64,000 nt of DNA from an uncultured Pelagibacteraceae bacterium (lineage in GTDB: Bacteria; Pseudomonadota; Alphaproteobacteria; Pelagibacterales; Pelagibacteraceae), in NCBI GenBank assembly GCA_902547215.1, contig CACCNI010000002.1, positions 25,216-89,215 of the forward strand, read 5' to 3'. The position numbers were made by a program, and so were the translations under genes. A model generated the notes under the pieces. It made no database searches. It was not told the origin of the DNA and saw nothing but the letters and a program-made list of their open reading frames with translations. Below are positions 56,686 to 64,000 of the stretch, one piece after another; the stretch's first letter is position 1; each line of letters opens with the position of its first letter.

Positions 56686-57570
56686 ATGCTTTCTAAAAAT
56701 CAATTAGGCTTTTTGTACATGTTTCTCTCTGTTTGTGCATTTTCATTAATGGATTTAATTGTAAAGTGGTCTGTCGATTATCCAATTGGTCAGGTTTTGT
56801 TTTTTAGGGGCTTCTTTGGAATAATCTTTTATTTATTTATAATCCCGAGAGAAAGATTTCATAATTTTTATAAAACTAAACGGCCAGGATTACATGCTTT
56901 AAGGTGCGGCTCAGGGCTAATAGCACTAATTGCAATATTTATTGCTTTAAGACAATTGCCATTAGCAACTGTAGTGAGCATATCTTTTGCTGCTCCAATA
57001 TTCACAACAATATTGTCTATTTTTCTACTAAATGAAAAAGTTGGAATTTTTAGGTGGTTAGCAGTTATCATAGGCTTTTTTGGAATTCTTATAATTACAG
57101 AACCTGGGATCACTGAATTAAATATTTATTATATTTTTCCAATTATATTTTGTTTAGGTCTCTCCTATGTAGCGATTACTATTAGACAACTGTCAACTAC
57201 TGAACCAGTGTGGTTGATTTCTTTTTATTTTTCTTTAGCAATTTTATTGTTAAGTTTTTTAACTATTCCTCAGGGCTGGATTATGCCTACTTTAAATCAT
57301 TTTGTACTTTTATCATTAATAGGTATTTTCGGGGGTGCTGCGAACTTATGGTTAAGTCAATCATATAAATTTTCAGAAGTTTCTTTAGTAACTCCTCTCA
57401 AGTATTTGGCTTTAGTTTTTGCTGTTATATTTGGATATCTCATTTGGGACGAGATACCTTTGTTTAAAACACTAATCGGAGCTTTATTGGTAGTTGTTTC
57501 TACGCTTATAATTTTTAGAAGGGAAATTTATAAGAAAAAAATCATAACATCTAGACCAATTAATGACTAA
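56686..57570 (+). CDS. DMT/EamA-family transporter
   Basis: About 10 TM segments in two repeats, FAAPIF...LLNEKVG, P.KY. Confidence 0.88.
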   Translation: MLSKNQLGFLYMFLSVCAFSLMDLIVKWSVDYPIGQVLFFRGFFGIIFYLFIIPRERFHNFYKTKRPGLHALRCGSGLIALIAIFIALRQLPLATVVSISFAAPIFTTILSIFLLNEKVGIFRWLAVIIGFFGILIITEPGITELNIYYIFPIIFCLGLSYVAITIRQLSTTEPVWLISFYFSLAILLLSFLTIPQGWIMPTLNHFVLLSLIGIFGGAANLWLSQSYKFSEVSLVTPLKYLALVFAVIFGYLIWDEIPLFKTLIGALLVVVSTLIIFRREIYKKKIITSRPIND

Positions 57571-58198
57571 AATCCCTAAATATTGGAATAATGCAAAAAA
57601 ATATTTATCCAAAAAAGATGAAACTATTTCCAAGTTAATTAAAAGTTACGAAAGTCCCTCAGAAACTATTTTAACTACAAGGCGAGATATTTTTTTTTCG
57701 CTATGCAAAAGTATAATTGGACAACAAATAAGTGTTGCAGCAGCGAATTCAGTTTTTTTAAAATTTAAAAAGAAATGTAAAAATAAAATTAATGCAAAAA
57801 CAGTATCCAAGTTGACCTTTGCTCAATTGAAAAGCTGTGGATTAAGCAGGCAGAAGGTATTAGGCATAAAGAGTTTAGCCAAGCAAACGATTGAAAAAAC
57901 TTTTAACCCTAAATTAATTCATAAGATGTCTGATGAGGAGGCTATAAATTATTTATCACAGTTAAGACAAATAGGAAGATGGTCAGCTGAGATGATATTA
58001 CTATTCACATACAATAGACCAAATATTTGGCCAATTCAAGATATTGGCCTTTTAAGAGCTATATCAAAAAATTATAAAAAAAAATATTTACCACCTGAAA
58101 AATTTGTATCATTATTAAAAAAAAGATTTAGTCCTTACTGCTCTGTTGCAACGTGGTATTTATGGAGATCAATAGACCCTGAACCCATTCAGTATTAG
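57563..58198 (+). CDS. DNA-3-methyladenine glycosylase (HhH-GPD, AlkA-like)
   Basis: IIGQQISVAAA, GLSRQK, IGRWSAE HhH motif, P.QD.G, PYCSVATWYLW. Confidence 0.9.
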   Translation: MTKIPKYWNNAKKYLSKKDETISKLIKSYESPSETILTTRRDIFFSLCKSIIGQQISVAAANSVFLKFKKKCKNKINAKTVSKLTFAQLKSCGLSRQKVLGIKSLAKQTIEKTFNPKLIHKMSDEEAINYLSQLRQIGRWSAEMILLFTYNRPNIWPIQDIGLLRAISKNYKKKYLPPEKFVSLLKKRFSPYCSVATWYLWRSIDPEPIQY

Positions 58199-58199
58199 T

Positions 58200-59092
58200 T
58201 CAATCAAGCCAATCCTTAAACTTACTTTCGTGATTCTGAACGTATTGTGGTAATTTATCTTTAGGATATAAGCTTAATTTTCTTTTTTTTTCAGTAAATT
58301 TTTTTTTTGTTTTGTCTGCATACATGTCATAAATAGTTTCATTATTTCTCATTAATCTTGATATTTCTTTTAAATCAATATTTTCAACTTCAAAATCTCT
58401 GTGGTGTAAATAAGATTTTAATTTGATCTCAATATCAGCTGGACTTTTCAAATTTGAAAAATGCCAACCCCCATCATTAATGAAAATTTTATTAATATAT
58501 TTTGTCTCTGAAAAAATAGTATCCAGTCTCCAAAATCCAAATTTTTTATTCTTAATGTTTCTTATCCATTGAGGTGATTTTAGATTTTTCTTTTTACAAG
58601 CTTTTGTTCCATACCACTTAAAACCTTCAAGGTATCTATTCAATTTATAGTAAAAAATGCTTTGTTCAAAAATAACAATTTTATTTTGCACTTTTGCTAC
58701 ATTTAGATCTTTTAAATCTGGTATTTCATCTACATCAGATATCATTATCAAATCATCTTCGTTTGCTTTATCTAGCCCTTTATGAATTTGATTTCTTTGA
58801 AAATTTTCTCTTTTGTGAGCATTAAAAATAAATTTATGAGATTTTAATGCTTCGTCATCCTCTTTATTAACTTTTTCTAAGTTTGTGGGTTCATCATCTT
58901 GTACAACATAAATTATCTTATCTTTAAATTTAGGGTACTTGCTAATATCAAATTTTAAGTCCCTTTTTTACCGTTGTGGTAGAATTTACTTTCAACGATA
59001 ACGAAACAATCAACAGAATTTTTTAAAGAGTTTAGTCTTATGTCTAATACAGCCTCTTCATCATAAAACATAAAACAATCAAAGATTCGCAT
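58200..59092 (-). pseudogene. GT17-family glycosyltransferase split by a one-base frameshift at about 58964-58969
   Basis: ATG 59092 reads MRIFDCFMFYDEEAVLDIRLNSL...VESKFYHNGKKGT then stops. The shifted frame continues DLKFDISKYPKFKDKIIY...RENFQRN...ISDVDEIP...GGWHFS to 58200. Confidence 0.8.
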
Positions 59093-59150
59093 AAAATGAT
59101 TTCTAACTTATATATCTTGATATATAAATCTAAAAATAGAACAATTTTTT

Positions 59151-59690
59151 ATGTCTAAAAAACTTATTATTGACTGGAATGAATACAATAAATCAATAGA
59201 TGAACTTGCCGTTCAAATTAGTGAAAGTGGCTTTAAACCTTCCTTCATAATATGTATTGCTCGAGGTGGCTTGAGAGTAGGGGACATACTTAGTAGAATT
59301 TTTAAAGTAAAATGTGGTTACCTTGGAGTTGAAAGCTATTCATCAGCAGGTGAGGGAAAAGTATCCGATGTTCAAAATGAACTTACATTTGCAAGAGACT
59401 TATCCACAACAAGTAAAGTTTATGGGGAAAATATTTTAGTTACTGATGATCTTATTGATACTGGTGTGACACTTGAAAAGACTTTAGACTGGCTTAAAAA
59501 ATATAAAGATTTTGAAAATAAGAAAATAACTTTTAAATCTGCCGTTCTTTACAAAAAAGAAAAATCTAATTTTAAATCAGATTATATTGTACATAGTCTT
59601 AAAGATAACCCTTGGATTGTTTTTCCTTATGAATTACGTGAACTTATCTCAATAGATCAATTAAAAAAAGAGCTAAAAAAAAAGGACTAG
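59151..59690 (+). CDS. Type I phosphoribosyltransferase (xanthine/guanine PRT-like)
   Basis: IARGGL, PRPP loop LVTDDLIDTGVT, WIVFPYE. Confidence 0.82.
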   Translation: MSKKLIIDWNEYNKSIDELAVQISESGFKPSFIICIARGGLRVGDILSRIFKVKCGYLGVESYSSAGEGKVSDVQNELTFARDLSTTSKVYGENILVTDDLIDTGVTLEKTLDWLKKYKDFENKKITFKSAVLYKKEKSNFKSDYIVHSLKDNPWIVFPYELRELISIDQLKKELKKKD

Positions 59691-59713
59691 AAATTGTTTT
59701 TCTAGCCCTTTTT
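59675..59713 (-). terminator. Intrinsic terminator of the NCS2 permease, possibly bidirectional
   Basis: Minus strand AGGGCUAGAAA-AACAA-UUUCUAGUCCU followed by a U-run; T5 tail on the plus strand; lies between convergent genes. Confidence 0.75.
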
Positions 59714-59726
59714 AAATTAATTTAAA

Positions 59727-61037
59727 TTAAGCAACTACAAAACTTAAAACACTTAAAATAGCAATTATCCATATTGCTGGTGAAGTGGTTGCAAATTTTC
59801 CTGTAAAAATTTTAATTAAAGCATACGCCACAAAAGCAAGCGCTATACCATTGCTTATACTATACGTTAAAGGCATCGTAATCATCGCAACTATAGCAGG
59901 AGCAGACTCGGAAATGTCATCCCAGGAAATATCCGTGATATTTCTCACGAATAAAACTGCTACATACAATAATGCAGCTCCATCAATTTCTTTAGGCAAA
60001 CTTGTTGCTAAAGGAGAAAAAAATAAACATGACAAAAATAATACACCAATAACTAACGATGTCATTCCTGTTCTTCCACCTGCTTTTACCCCAGCTCCAG
60101 ACTCAACATAACTTGTTACAGTAGTTGTTCCCATTAAAGCACCAGCAACTGTGCCCACACTGTCAGACAACATCGCCTTGTTGATATCTTGAACTTTACC
60201 TTTGCTGTCTACCTTACCTGCAACATTTGCTACTGAAGTTAATGTTCCAGCTGTGTCAAAGAAATCAATAAATAGCAAAGTAAAAACTACAGTAGACATA
60301 CTTGCAGTCAAAGCAGCTTTGAGATCAAAGTCAAACAAGTAAGTCATAGGAGGTGGTGTATCAACTATCCCATTAAACTTTGCAAGACCTGTTGCCCATG
60401 CAATTATACTAAATGCAATTATTCCAATTATAATATTGCCTTTGACTTTAAGTTTTTCTAAAACAACCATGGCTACAAAAGCTAAACATCCTAAAAGTAC
60501 TAACGGATTTTTAATATCACCTAAAGTAACTAAGGTAACTGGATGATCTCCAACTACACCCATAATTTCAAGACCAATTATAGCTAAGAATAAACCTATC
60601 CCAGCACCAATCCCTAATTTCAAACTTCTTGGTATAGAATTTATTAACCAAGCTCTTAAAGGAGTAAGTGAAATTATTAAAAATAGAACCCCCGCAACGA
60701 GCACCGCACCAAGAGCAGCTTGTGGAGAGTAACCCATTCCACCTACAACTCCGAAAGCAACAAATGCGTTTATTCCCATTCCAGGCGCGAGACCTATTGG
60801 CCAAGTTTTTCCATAAAAAGCCATTATGAAACAAGCTACGGCAGTTGCTAAAATTGTTGCGGTGAAAACTGCTCCAAAATCAAAAAAACCTTTTTCAGGA
60901 CCAGCAAATTCTCCTGACAATATAAAAGGATTTAAAAACATAATATAAGCCATTGTTAGGAAAGTTGTTACCCCTGCAATAACCTCTGTTTTAAAACTAG
61001 TTTTATGTTTTTTATATTCGAAATATTTATCTAACAT
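59727..61037 (-). CDS. NCS2/AzgA-family purine permease
   Basis: EVIAGVTTFLTMAYI, APGMGINAF, DFFDTAGTL, YVESGAG...GGRTG; SD GGAGG upstream. Confidence 0.93.
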   Translation of the reverse strand: MLDKYFEYKKHKTSFKTEVIAGVTTFLTMAYIMFLNPFILSGEFAGPEKGFFDFGAVFTATILATAVACFIMAFYGKTWPIGLAPGMGINAFVAFGVVGGMGYSPQAALGAVLVAGVLFLIISLTPLRAWLINSIPRSLKLGIGAGIGLFLAIIGLEIMGVVGDHPVTLVTLGDIKNPLVLLGCLAFVAMVVLEKLKVKGNIIIGIIAFSIIAWATGLAKFNGIVDTPPPMTYLFDFDLKAALTASMSTVVFTLLFIDFFDTAGTLTSVANVAGKVDSKGKVQDINKAMLSDSVGTVAGALMGTTTVTSYVESGAGVKAGGRTGMTSLVIGVLFLSCLFFSPLATSLPKEIDGAALLYVAVLFVRNITDISWDDISESAPAIVAMITMPLTYSISNGIALAFVAYALIKIFTGKFATTSPAIWIIAILSVLSFVVA

Positions 61038-61162
61038 GAGACCTCCAATTCAATAGATTGATTATCAGATTCTTTTTTTAATTACTTTAATTACTTGTTT
61101 TTTATTAACAAATTTCAACTTGAAGTTTATTTTTTAGATAAAGTAATTATAATAATATCAAA

Positions 61163-61468
61163 ATGATAAAAAAAATACTTATTATAATTTTATTGATACC
61201 GTTAGTTTATGGATGTCAAACGGTCCAGGACAAAACAAATAATCTAGTCGAAAAAGAAGAAAAATACCTAGAAAAATTTATCCATAAAAAAATTGATAAA
61301 GTTATTCAAGAATTTGGTGAACCAACGCAATATTTAACGCCAGACCCAGAAAGCGGTGGAGGAAAATTAATATACAATACAAAAAAACTGGGAATTAAAT
61401 GTGTGAGAACTTTCGAAGTTGATGAATCAGAGAGTGTCGTGGGGTTTTCATCAAAGGGATGTTTTTAA
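61163..61468 (+). CDS. Hypothetical small lipoprotein
   Basis: Signal peptide with lipobox VYGC; no family recognised with confidence. Confidence 0.7.
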   Translation: MIKKILIIILLIPLVYGCQTVQDKTNNLVEKEEKYLEKFIHKKIDKVIQEFGEPTQYLTPDPESGGGKLIYNTKKLGIKCVRTFEVDESESVVGFSSKGCF

Positions 61469-61491
61469 CTTGTGGGGAAAACCCCCACAAG
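61469..61491. terminator. GC-rich stem-loop between convergent genes
   Basis: CTTGTGGGG-AAAAC-CCCCACAAG perfect 9-bp stem; no strong U-tail on either strand. Confidence 0.6.
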
Positions 61492-61502
61492 CAAGGTAGA
61501 AC

Positions 61503-61949
61503 TTATTTAATTTCAATAAGCTTTTTTTTCTTATAATCAGGTATTACTCTTTCGCAAGCGATAGTTAGTAAACCATCTTTTAACTCGGCTCCATTTACTT
61601 TAACATCATCTGCTATTGTAAATGATCTGGCGAATTGTCTTTGAGATATTCCTTTATGTAAAATCTCTCCGTCCTGATCTTTGTTTTCTAATTTATCTGT
61701 CTGTTTTGTTCTAACAGTCAGCATATTATCTTCAAATTCCACCTCTACATCTTTTTTAGTAAAACCGGCTAAAGCAACTTCAATAGAATATTTATCTTTA
61801 CCTGTTTTTCTAATATTGTAAGGCGGGTAATTTGATTGCATACTCATTCCTCCATTACCCAGCATGTTTTCAAATTGATCAAACATGTCGTCAAAACCAA
61901 TTGAAAATGGTCTTAAGGAATTGAATATTGATAGATCCTTACTTGTCAT
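61503..61949 (-). CDS. ibpA: Small heat shock protein (Hsp20/IbpA family); start ATG 61949
   Basis: IGFD, NYPPYNI, ALAGF, HKGISQRQF.RSF, DGLL, IEI C-terminal motif; SD AGGAGG upstream of 61949. Confidence 0.93.
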   Translation of the reverse strand: MTSKDLSIFNSLRPFSIGFDDMFDQFENMLGNGGMSMQSNYPPYNIRKTGKDKYSIEVALAGFTKKDVEVEFEDNMLTVRTKQTDKLENKDQDGEILHKGISQRQFARSFTIADDVKVNGAELKDGLLTIACERVIPDYKKKKLIEIK

Positions 61950-62001
61950 ATTATCCTCCTTTGTTAGCAAGAATTATAAAGGTCCCATTAGGCAACCTTT
62001 A
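61947..62001 (-). ncRNA. ROSE-like RNA thermometer (two hairpins)
   Basis: Hairpin 1 is UAAAGGUU(G)CC-UAAU-GGGACCUUUA. Hairpin 2 is AUUCUU(G)CU-AACAA-AGGAGGAU, with the U(U/C)GCU motif opposite the SD. Confidence 0.75.
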
Positions 62002-62007
62002 GTAGTC

Positions 62008-62035
62008 ATATGGTAACTATTTCTATTTTATCAAG
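62008..62035 (-). promoter_or_regulatory. sigma32 (RpoH) promoter of the sHSP gene
   Basis: CTTG-N18-CCATAT; the predicted start site falls at the 5' end of the thermometer. Confidence 0.75.
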
Positions 62036-62044
62036 ATGCTGAAA

Positions 62045-64000
62045 TTAAATTTTTTTTGCAATCTTACATATGAAAGCGTAGTCAAAAGCTATCTCCTCAA
62101 TAATTCCATCGCGACCAGATTTACCTCCATGACCCGCATTCATTTCAGTTTTTAAAAGTAAAAGATTATTGTCAGTTTTGTTGTCTCTTAACTTTGCTGT
62201 AAATTTGAGAGGTTCATCAAATAAAACTCTATTGTCACTGAGGCTAGTAGTAATTAAAATGTTTGGATAATCCATTTTTTTTATATTGTTGTATGGCGCA
62301 TATGAGTAAATATAATCAAAGTGTTCCTTGTTGTCTTTTGCATTTCCAAACTCATCAAATTCTCCAATCGTCAAAGGTAAAGAATGATCAAGATTAGTTG
62401 TCAAACTATCAACAAAAGGAACAGCCATTATCATACCTAAAAATAAATCTGGTTTTTCATTTACTACTGCCCCCATCAGCAATCCACCAGCTGATCCTCC
62501 CATACCAATAATTTTTTTCTTTGAAGTATATTTTTTATCAATTAAAAATTTTGCACACGAAATATAGTCTTGAAAAGTATTCTTCTTGTTTAATAACTTT
62601 CCTTCTTTCCACCACTTCATGCCTCTTTCCATTCCTCCTCTAACATGAGCGGTTGCCCAAATAATATCCCTGTTAATTAAGCTTAATCTGGTAGAGGAAA
62701 ACGATGGCCACATTGAATTTCCATAAGAACCATATCCATATAAAAGTAAATTTGAATTTCCATCCAGTTTTGTAGTTTTTTTTCTTGTAATTGTGATTGG
62801 AATTATTCTTCCATCATGTCCTTCGCACTCAAGCCTTTCAACAATATAATCATTTGAATTATGACCTGATGGAATTATTTGTTCTTTGACAAGTTTTTTT
62901 TCTTTGGTTTTTAGGTTGTAAATAAAAGTTCTAGATGGAGTTTTTGGAGTAGAGTAGGAAATATATATATCATCTGTGTTACGATCTCTCTGCATAAGAG
63001 AAACAGATGAATCGTAAACTATTTCTTCAGTAAAGATAATTTCTTCCTCCTCATTTGTTTCGAGATTTTTGACATAAATTTTATCAAGTGCGTTATTAAG
63101 TTCCGATCGGATTTGCCAATTTTTGAGGAATGTTAAATTTCCAATCATAGTTTCAGATTGGTTTGGAATATAAGTTTTCCATTCTTTAGACTCAATATTG
63201 TTTGAAACCAAAATTTTAAAATCTTCGGCATCCTCATTTGTGTGCATGTAAAAATTTCCACCCCATGAATTCACACTATAAATTATCCCCTTTTTTCTTT
63301 GTTGAATAAGTTTAGGCTCAGGTTTTTTTTCATCTATACCAAAGTAATATTTCTCTGATGTGTTGTGATCTGAGCTATTTATAAAATAATACTTTTCGTC
63401 AGAACTTACTCCAATGCCTACAGTGAATGCTTTTGTTTTTTCTTCAAATATAAGTAGGTCTTCATTAACAGATGATCCAATTTGATGTCTAAAAATTGAT
63501 CTTGGCCTGTGATTTTCATCCAACTTAGAATAAAATATATATTGGTCATCTAAACTAAAATTAATTGAACCAGAAGTATTTTCAATTTTTTCAGTAACTA
63601 ACTCGCCAGTCTTAATTTCTCTGACATAAATTGTAAAATATTCTGAACCTTTTAAATCTAAAGAGTAGGCAAGAAATTTGTCATTAAAACTTACTTCAAG
63701 ATCACCTACTCCAAAATACTCAGTCTTCAATTTACTTTTCTCTTTATCTCCGTTCCAAATTTCCTCAACTTCATCAGTTCCAATTTTCTTACGGCATTTA
63801 ATTGAATAGTTTCCTTTTTTAGTTGTTTTCGTCCAATATTCATAACTTTTGTCTTTGAAAGGAAGAGATTCATCATCTAACTTTATTCTTGCTTTGATTT
63901 CATTAAATAAAGTTTTTTGGAATTCTTTGGTATCTTGCAGGTGAAACTCTGTATACTTATTTTCCTCCTCTAAATATTTTCTTACCTCAGGTAAAAGCTT
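62045..64000 (-). CDS. ptrB: Oligopeptidase B (S9A); 5' end lies beyond the window
   Basis: YGYGSYG, GGSAGG catalytic Ser, DNRV, AGHGG; the frame stays open from 63730 to 64000 (KLLPEVRKYLEEEN...). Confidence 0.92.
   Translation of the reverse strand, partial: KLLPEVRKYLEEENKYTEFHLQDTKEFQKTLFNEIKARIKLDDESLPFKDKSYEYWTKTTKKGNYSIKCRKKIGTDEVEEIWNGDKEKSKLKTEYFGVGDLEVSFNDKFLAYSLDLKGSEYFTIYVREIKTGELVTEKIENTSGSINFSLDDQYIFYSKLDENHRPRSIFRHQIGSSVNEDLLIFEEKTKAFTVGIGVSSDEKYYFINSSDHNTSEKYYFGIDEKKPEPKLIQQRKKGIIYSVNSWGGNFYMHTNEDAEDFKILVSNNIESKEWKTYIPNQSETMIGNLTFLKNWQIRSELNNALDKIYVKNLETNEEEEIIFTEEIVYDSSVSLMQRDRNTDDIYISYSTPKTPSRTFIYNLKTKEKKLVKEQIIPSGHNSNDYIVERLECEGHDGRIIPITITRKKTTKLDGNSNLLLYGYGSYGNSMWPSFSSTRLSLINRDIIWATAHVRGGMERGMKWWKEGKLLNKKNTFQDYISCAKFLIDKKYTSKKKIIGMGGSAGGLLMGAVVNEKPDLFLGMIMAVPFVDSLTTNLDHSLPLTIGEFDEFGNAKDNKEHFDYIYSYAPYNNIKKMDYPNILITTSLSDNRVLFDEPLKFTAKLRDNKTDNNLLLLKTEMNAGHGGKSGRDGIIEEIAFDYAFICKIAKKI

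Noticed and set aside
58955-58975. Programmed -1 ribosomal frameshift at AAAAAAG in the GT17 gene
   Set aside because: The heptamer is phased AAA-AAA-G rather than the canonical A-AAA-AAG, and I see no stimulatory structure downstream. A simple indel is more parsimonious.
61038-61162. Purine or xanthine riboswitch upstream of the NCS2 permease
   Set aside because: No three-way junction or conserved aptamer nucleotides are visible.
63730-64000. Non-coding region upstream of a 561-aa peptidase
   Set aside because: The frame stays open to the window edge with oligopeptidase B-like sequence, so the ORF-track start is an edge artefact.

Overview
AT-rich, very gene-dense window (about 30% GC by eye, not computed; intergenic gaps are mostly under 50 bp and many stop and start codons overlap). 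Gene content and order fit a streamlined marine alphaproteobacterium, most likely SAR11/Pelagibacterales (inference). Nearly all of it is core genome: mdh-sucCDAB-lpdA, priA, atpHAGDC, rplU-rpmA-obg-proBA-nadD-rsfS-ctpA-rppH, metXW-gloB, hisC-tyrC, trkH-ampG, class I LysRS-pyrD, a three-gene polyamine operon, regA, polA-chvIG-ahcY-tsaE-amgK-murU, an msrA-sseA-RND operon, purine salvage genes, a small heat shock protein and oligopeptidase B, which runs off the right edge. I found no rRNA, tRNA, CRISPR array, integrase or transposase. The most notable signals are: (1) an RND periplasmic adaptor that appears to lack the alpha-helical hairpin, with no outer-membrane factor gene in its operon; (2) a SAM-II riboswitch ahead of metX that is followed by a U9 tract rather than a Shine-Dalgarno (SD) sequence; (3) a terminator- and uORF-containing leader on the decarboxylase/DHS-like/agmatinase operon, next to an FNR-type palindrome and a sigma32-type regA promoter; (4) a minimal ROSE-type RNA thermometer with a sigma32 promoter on the sHSP gene; (5) a GT17 glycosyltransferase frameshifted in an A6 run. 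All calls come from motif recognition by eye. No database searches or folding computations were run, so novelty is unverified.
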